Assembly: GCA_032718475.1 (NCBI GenBank)
Contig: JAUCBJ010002026.1
Coordinates: forward strand, 1 to 64,000
Origin: Nemertoderma westbladi
Taxonomy: Eukaryota; Animalia; Xenacoelomorpha
Length of the DNA: 64,000 nt
Direction of reading: 5' to 3'
The notes under the pieces were generated by a model, which did no database searches, had not been told where the DNA came from, and worked only from the letters and a program-made list of their open reading frames with translations. This document shows, piece after piece, positions 56,280-64,000 of this stretch; positions within the stretch are counted from its first letter, which is position 1; every line of letters begins with the position of its first letter. A program made the position numbers and the translations under genes.

Positions 56280-58967
56280 TTATATAATCCCGCTGCTAAG
56301 AAACTTTCGGGGCGCTACTAATTTCGCATACAAATACCTAGCTATGTTTGTCCTATTACCATACCTGATGTTTAGTGTATCCCAAACTTGTCGCAATCCA
56401 TCTGGATGTCCAATAAACTTTAACGCCATTAACTTGGGAGGTCCTTCCAAGCACTCGATGAGGAATCTAAGTTTCTCTCCGTTAGATAGTACAGAGTTCT
56501 GTATGTTATCTTTGTAATATTCATTAAAAGGTAACCATTTCATCTCATCTCCGTTGAACTTGACGATCTCTCCCACCTTTACCGCTTGACAGGCTTCGGT
56601 TCTAGCCATTTGATGTGTAAAACTTTCTTGGGCCATCGTATTATTTAATATCGAGTTATCGGTATATAAATTTCTCGGATTATGATCAGGTCTATATGGA
56701 ATATCATTATCAACAGGTTTATAATTATCCTTAATAGGGTTTACTATAGGAGTTTCTACTTCACTAGCAGTATAGATGCGTGTAGGCTCCACACCTTGCG
56801 CATGAAATACTTCAGACCTAACAGGTTGACACATTGTTACAGGGGTTACAGGGTTACATTTATACCCTTTTGTATATTTACTAACTTATCGCGTTCTAAC
56901 GCGATACTCTGCTGCACTTCTTGCAACTCTAACCTACCTTCTCTTACTGTTTCCTTTAACTGCTGAACAGTCCCCTCCAACTCTCGGACCTGTCGGGAGG
57001 AACGTACCCGATGTTCCTCCATCTGCCCGAGCAGGAGATCCATCCCCGCCGTCGCTCATCCACCCACTCTACCGCCGAAGCGGGAGCCGCCAACATAGTA
57101 GCGGGTAGACGAGGGACGACGGGCGATAAATCGTTAATGTCTCGCTCGGCTTCCAGGTCCGGAATGGACTCAGGAACTGTCCTACTGGGCACAGGTAGTT
57201 TAGTACTATGCAAAGGGAATTTAGAGTTAGGTTCTAGAAGTACAGGGGTCTCTATCACAGAGGGGGTGGCTTCGAGTACAGGCCTAATTATTTCAGGCTC
57301 ATCTACTATAGTAGGGAGTCTTTCTACTCTAATAATTTGGTCTGTGTATTTTGTGCTACCTAAGTCTGCACTAGCTAGTTGCCTTCTCACAGCTGGGGGC
57401 AAATTAGGCAATTTCTGACAGTGGGGCGTTCTTCTACGTTTGCTGGAACGAGATCTATTTCCTCCGCCTTCAGGATCTGTTGTATCGCCTTCATCAGATG
57501 AAGTAAATCCCTGTCTCTTGGGAGTAGATCGACTTATTATCTGCATTTGACTAGCTGTTCTCCGTTTATTTAAGTAGTCTTGCTTCTCTTGAAGATTTTC
57601 CAACTCTAGTTGGGCTGTTTCTTCAGATGCCCTCCGTTCTGCTGCTGCCACTGCCTCTGCCGCCTTTCTTTCCGCTTCTGCTGCTGCTGCTTTTCTTTCT
57701 GCCTCTGCCGCTGCAGCTGCAGCTTTTCTTTCCGCTTCTGCCGCTGCCGCTGCCGCTTTTCTTTCAACTTCTGCCGCTGCCGCTGCGGCTGCCTTTCGGT
57801 CTTCTATACGTTTTTTCTTTAATTGTTCTTCCTGTTCTCTAGCGATGAGGATGCTTTCATCAAATTTAGCCTGCTCCGCGGCTAACATTTCTGCATCTAA
57901 TGAGTCTAACACAAATTTGGCTCCCTCACTATTAGGGTGAAGTCCAGCTAGCCATCTCCTTAACTCTTTGTCACCTATAAATCGTTGATAGTCCGACAGA
58001 TAGATGTCAATAGCGTCCATCTTCTGAGGTTTCTCTGATGTAACGTCGCTTTCCACCTGAGAAAAGGTAGTGTCCGTTGATTCTCCGTGGGTCGCGCGCT
58101 TAGTTAGCTGAATTTTCCATTGTGTCGTTCCTTGGACTTTAAGAACCGTTGGAACCAAGTCTTTATGGCAACTTGCAACGACGTGTCTTGGCTTCTCTTC
58201 GAGGCTTCCTCAAAGGCGGAAAGGATCAGTTTGATCTGTAAGATTCGTTCTCTAACTTGACAAAGCAGCTCTCCCTGCTCTTGAGGTCCTTGGGGTTGTT
58301 GAAACAGTTGTTCCTCTAATCGCTCCAAAGAGCTGAAGAATCCCTGTACATATCCTGCTGCCGACCTCTTCCACACAGCTGGATCTCTAGTGTCCTTTAC
58401 CACTCCCATCCTGTATAAGTCCTCCCAGGCAGCTTCCGATAAGTTAAATGGGAGTCCGGGTCCGGGGAAGTTCCATTGCGTCTCGACAATAGACTTCAGT
58501 TCCTCCTTTGTGTATCCCGCATAACTGTCCTTGGTCGATCGCTTACTTCTCGCCCAATCGATTTGATGTTCCTCCACCGCAATCAATACCCTAGTGAGTA
58601 CAGCTTCAGGAAGAATAAGAAGTGGATCCGAATAAACCGCTTCTGCCATCTTGGCTCCGATCTCGGGTATCAACTCTACAGTATCTGAACTACTGGAGCT
58701 ATCAGGCCGCTGAGAAATGAGTTCTAGGTTCGGGTGTTGCTGCTGTTTAACAGCTGCCTCTTGGTCCCGCTTGACTTGAGCCCGAGTGCCTATAATAGAC
58801 CTACGGTGCTTGACTAGCCTAGGGTCTGATACTACTACTGGAGGGATGACCTTTCTTACAGTAGGAGGGGACTTGGACTTCGGTCTAAGATGTTCTGCCC
58901 TCCTGTCTGAGTCGCAGACTGTTCTTTCTAGGAGACTATCTGACAGAGTTTGCTTGGTGTCAGCCAT
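56280..58967 (-). pseudogene. Element C gag: N-terminal extension and capsid-like region, frameshifted
   Basis: ORFs 58104-58967, 56956-58158 (KAAAAAAEAER repeats), 56846-57043 and 56280-56834 (KFNGDEMKWLPF, EKLRFLIECLEGPP). Confidence 0.8.
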
Positions 58968-61919
58968 ATTTGATTGTACAGTTGAATGCCTACTACTATA
59001 ACGACAGTTAAAGCAAGTCTAGTAATTCAGTATCAACTGCAAGCCTAGTGATCAATTACCGATACCGTTACTCAATGTAACGTGATATATATAATATATT
59101 AGAATACCGGTATACACTTATAGTATATATATAAGTATGATTATAGACTAGGATTAATTACAGAATACCGGTATATAATTTCAGCATAAATTTATAGAAA
59201 TAAATATAATAAGCCTACTATAAATACTGGTAATGTCAATTATTTTAGAATAACTGAATTTCTGAATCTTAAGGTTACTTTTCTTTACTTATTACTGTTA
59301 TTAAGCAGTAGTCCAACTGATATTAAGACCTAATTGATGTATAACAGGCCTACTATTTTATAAATCGGTTTGAGTTGATTTATAATGTATATATATATAT
59401 ACCCGTATAATGGGTTTTGTCAATGTTTGAAATAAATGTTATTATTTCTGATAAGGAGTCACTACACAGAAACTGAACGCTCTCAGTGAAGTGCTACTTG
59501 TTAGACACTAAAACAAATAATTATACTTTACTAAGTTACTTATTACTACAAATTACATACAATACTGTGTGAGATTACAATCTCTAAATTAAACGCCAAA
59601 AGTTACACGTACAAATTTTAGAGTAATTTTACAGGAAATCTACAAACCAGCCTAACAAGGAGTTAGAATTTCTGGTTATTACAAATGGACAGGATACTAC
59701 GGTATTTGAAAATAATAAAGCAGTAGAAAATAAATTGCGTTGTCTAGATAAGAAAATACCACCGTCTGACGACTTATAGTCTTTAGCTCTACAGCTCTAT
59801 AAGTACTACGTTATGTACCCGGAGTGTCCTTACCTAGAAGTTAATTACTGCAGCCAACCAGAGCTAACGTGCCTATTAACCACTTTACAACACAAATATA
59901 CTGCCTACACACTAATTACTTTCGGAAAGCACTGTACACTAAACCCTAAATTTGGTACAAGTACTTATACAACAAATAACCAGCATAGCAGTTAAATATA
60001 CTTGTACAGCTAAAAGAACCACGGTATCTGCTGGAGTGACCAGAGCTTAAAATCACCAGTCTTTACCTACGCCAAGCAGCCCTGATGTAGTACCAGGGTT
60101 AATTTAACTATAACGGTATGTATAACAAGCACAATTACTGTAGGAATAAACTTGGGGATTATGTAGGTTGCGAATAATCGCATAAACTCTGAATAATAAA
60201 TATTATGCTACCCGTGCAGACTACACAAACAAGATACAGACCAAATGCTGGCAGACTACTATCAAGCCTAAATAAACTACAGTATATGCAGACTCCGAAA
60301 TGGTTAGTTAGTATGCGTTCTAACCTAGTAGTACGACTTATTGTTTCGGAGGGGATTTACCTTACAACACTGGATGCCCCCACCTTCCTAACAAGTACTT
60401 TATTGGACATACACTTTACACACACTGCAATCGCTTCAGACTCAACAATAGCCAGACAACAATCCAGCCTACAAATTATTTGTACAATTTGAGTGGGCTT
60501 ACACGCCTTCTGCTCAATATTACACTTACAGCTAAATAAAACTGTCAGAAATAAATAAGCTCTAAAAGAAACAAGGGATGTATGTACAGTCCCTAATCTC
60601 TTAAACAGCCTACCAATATACAATATCACAATCGAAATAATACTAGTACCGGTAAGTACCGGTTCGGGTGATTAGGTAGTTAGGCCTACAGGTTACCGTC
60701 CGACCGGTACACTAGACTTTATTGCCTATGGTGCAATAAAGAAACTAACAAATCTATTATTGTTCGCGCTTTCAGACCTTTAGCAGTTTAACCTGCCAAT
60801 TTTAGATGTCCTCTTGTTTATAAATCGACTTTAGCCTATAACAAATATTTAGTGCACATGAAGTTACATTAGCCGAAGCCAGTCTATGCACGATCATTCA
60901 CCCACAGTTAAGGGAGACTGGATTCGGATGCTTTGACCTTATTGCGGTGTAGACCTACTGTATTATTCGATTGATAACTACTTTATAATCTCTGACAAAT
61001 ATATTTACTTTCGGGGAAATATTAACAGTTCCTTTAGGACGTGGCGCTTTAAGTATATAAACAGAGTTATGACTTATACTAAACACAACAAGATGGCTAA
61101 TGATTTCCGTAAATAGCGCATTCTTTAGGGGATGCTTTATTATCTGTCACACTACTGCACACTGATCTGCCGACCGTCACTGAATTTGATCATATATAAG
61201 GAGGATAGCAACTGACACATGTATGGATTATGAAATAGCATTTAATACACTCAAAAACCACTATAATGTAAGTCGCAATGTACAAGATAAAATGAAAATC
61301 GCTCTGATTGGCCGAGCGAGCTGAACAAAGAGAAGTTCCACGTATGCAGTAAATCAGCTGACAGATTTCGTCATCTGAACTACCATCTTTTTAGAGTATT
61401 AAGCGCGTTGCGGCATAAAATGGCTTGTTATGTCCGCTAAAACACCTACACAGTATATTGCGGAGAAAATGGCTTGTTATGTCCGCTAAAACACCTACAC
61501 GGTATATTACGGAGAAAAATGACTTGTTATATCCGCAAAAGCTTTTACAATAGAATTAAGTAATATCAGCGTTGGTGGGTGTTTTAAAAATGATTGTAGT
61601 TAGTGAAACATAAAATTATTAAAAGCATTTGTGTATTTGTTTACGTGATGAAATCGTAATTGACAAGTAAATAAACGACATACTGCACAACATGTATGTA
61701 TATTAAATAAGACAATAAATCACATTTAGTTTTGTAAGTTAAATTCCATTAGGAGTATTATTTAATACTCATTACAGTCATCAGTAGCGAATCAACAAAT
61801 AGTCAGCTCCATTATCAAGCCCATTTGCCACAAAGGTACAAATAATAGAGACACATCAATGAATTCGTACTTCGGTTGAGCGTTTAGATTTGTCATTCCA
61901 ATATATTTGTCAAACCTAA

Positions 61920-62601
61920 AAAATAATACTGTTGTGATTAGACACTTGCATTCTGTATATATTGTGGTAATTAGACGCATTGTAAAATAATATTGTGGTA
62001 ATTAGATGCAGTGTAGTCTTGTGGTAAATAGACACTTGCGTTCTATATATTGTGGTAATTAGATGCCATTGTAAAATAATATTGTGGTAATTAGATGCAG
62101 TGTAGTCTTGTGGTAAATAGACACTTGAGTTCTGTATATTGTGGTAATTAGATGCCAATGTAAAATAATATTGTGGTAATTAGATGCAGTGTAGTCTTGT
62201 GGTAAATAGACACTTGAGTTCTGTATATTGTGGTAATTAGATGCCATTGTAAAATAATATTGTGGTAATTAGATGCAGTGTAGTCTTGTGGTAAATAGAC
62301 ACTTGAGTTCTGTATATTGTGGTAATTAGATGCCATTGTAAAATAATATTGTGGTAATTAGATGCAGTGTAGTCTTGTGGTAAATAGACACTTGAGTTCT
62401 GTATATTGTGGTAATTAGATGCCATTGTAAAATAATATTGTGGTAATTAGATGCAGTGTAGTCTTGTGGTAAATAGACACTTGAGTTATGTATATTGTGG
62501 TTATTAGATGCAGTGTAGTCTTGTGGTAAATAGACACTTGCATTCTATATATTGTGGTAATTAGATGCCAATATAAAATAATATTGTGGTAATTAGATGC
62601 C
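61920..62601 (-). repeat. 89-bp repeat array, right arm (about 7.5 copies)
   Basis: Reverse complement of the 46451-46686 unit; the 89-bp period is confirmed by the repeated 62-aa ORFs. Confidence 0.95.
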
Positions 62602-62666
62602 TCTATATCGAATTGTTGGGGTAGATTGCGGTAGATTGTGGTAGGTTGGGGTAATTAGTAGGACCC

Positions 62667-64000
62667 CTTCGCACAGAATGTGAAATACTGAAAAGAGTTG
62701 ATAAAACTGTTCAGAGTTCTTCATGCAGCATGATAAATGCTGAAAATAACAGTTGAAATTGTTCAGATGGCTTCGTGCAACATGAAAAATGCTTAAAATT
62801 GCTGTTGAAAGTTATAAAACTGTTCAAAGTCCTTCATGCAGCATTATAAATGCTGAAAATAACATTTGAAGTTGTTCAGAGTGCTTTGTACAATATGAGA
62901 ATGCCGAAAATAGCTGTTGAAACTGTTGAGAGAGAGGCCTTCGTGCAGCATGATAAATGCTGAAAAGGGCTGTCTGGCTGTTGAAACTGCTAAAAGGCCT
63001 TCATGCAGCATGAGAAATACTGAAAAGAGCTGATAAAACTGTTCAGAATCCTTCGTGCATCATGATAAATGCTGAAAAGGGCTGTTAAAACTGCTAAAAG
63101 GCCTTCATGCAGCATGAGAAATACTGAAAAGAGCTGATAAAACTGTTCAGAGTCCTTCATGCAGCATGATAAATGCTGAAAATAACATTTGAAGTTGTTC
63201 AGTTAATCAGTTCAGAGGGCTTTGTGCAATATGAGAATGCCGAAAATCAGAAAATAGCTGTTGAAACTGTTCAGATGCCATCGTGCAGCATGATAAATGC
63301 TGAAAAGAGCTGTTGAAACTGCTAAAAGGTCTTCATGCAGCATGAGAAATACTGAAAAGAGCTGATAAAACTGTTCAGAGTCCTTCGTGCAGCATGATAA
63401 ATGCTGAAAATAACATTTGAAGTTGTTCAGAGTGCTTTGTACAATATGAGAATGCCGAAAATAGCTGTTGAAACTGTTGAGAGGCCTTCGTGCAGCATGA
63501 TAAATGCTGAAAAGGGCTGTCTGGCTGTTGAAACTGCTAAAAGGCCTTCATGCAGCATGAGAAATACTGAAAAGAGCTGATAAAACTGTTCAGAATCCTT
63601 CGTGCATCATGATAAATGCTGAAAAGGGCTGTTAAAACTGCTAAAAGGCCTTCATGCAGCATGAGAAATACTGAAAAGAGCTGATAAAACTGTTCAGAGT
63701 CCTTCATGCAGCATGATAAATGCTGAAAATAACATTTGAAGTTGTTCAGTTAATCAGTTCAGAGGGCTTTGTGCAATATGAGAATGCCGAAAATCAGAAA
63801 ATAGCTGTTGAAACTGTTCAGATGCCATCGTGCAGCATGATAAATACTGAAAAGAGCTGTTGAAACTGCTAAAAGGTCTTCATGCAGCATGAGAAATACT
63901 GAAAAGAGCTGATAAAACTGTTCAGAGTCCTTCGTGCAGCATGATAAATGCTGAAAATAACATTTGAAGTTGTTCAGAGTGCTTTGTACAATATGAGAAT
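62667..64000. repeat. ~52-bp satellite with higher-order structure, running off the right edge
   Basis: 52-bp monomers; the diagnostic variant GCTTTGTACAATATGAGAAT recurs at 62883, 63434 and 63981. Confidence 0.93.

Larger units (their letters stand above)
46367..62666. mobile_element. Foldback/MULE-like element with repeat-containing TIRs and nested cargo
   Basis: GGTCCTACTAATTACCCCAACCTACCACAAT... at 46368 is mirrored by ...ATTGTGGTAGGTTGGGGTAATTAGTAGGACC at 62665. Inverted 89-bp arrays lie inside each end. (C)CTTCGCAC is duplicated on both flanks. Confidence 0.75.

Noticed and set aside
49100-61300. LTR pair for element C (and for element A)
   Set aside because: I could not find matching direct repeats by eye. 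A's 3' end is cut by the LINE and C's ends appear truncated, so no LTRs are called.
61916-62425. Four near-identical 62-80 aa ORFs resembling a peptide gene array
   Set aside because: They are a by-product of the 89-bp tandem repeat.

Overview
Eukaryotic (probably invertebrate animal) heterochromatin-like window made almost entirely of nested transposons and satellites; I found no host gene, rRNA, tRNA or CRISPR array. Left to right: the 5' half of a Gypsy-like gag-pol running off the left edge; an RTE-type LINE broken by DNA-element insertions; a BEL/Pao element (A) interrupted by a complete, young 13.8-kb BEL/Pao element (B; 568-bp LTRs, AAGAC TSD); a near-intact Gypsy element with a PHD finger on its integrase; a non-autonomous Ginger1-like element; and a 52-bp satellite split by a 16.3-kb Foldback-like element containing a pogo fragment, a Penelope fragment and a third BEL/Pao element (C, related to A). 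The most unusual feature is in element B: where env would sit, it carries an extra, lightly decayed ORF for a WRN/EXD/Mut-7-type DEDDy 3'-5' exonuclease, followed by a charged helix, three CCHC zinc knuckles and a WGFF-containing domain. All assignments come from reading motifs by eye, not from database searches.
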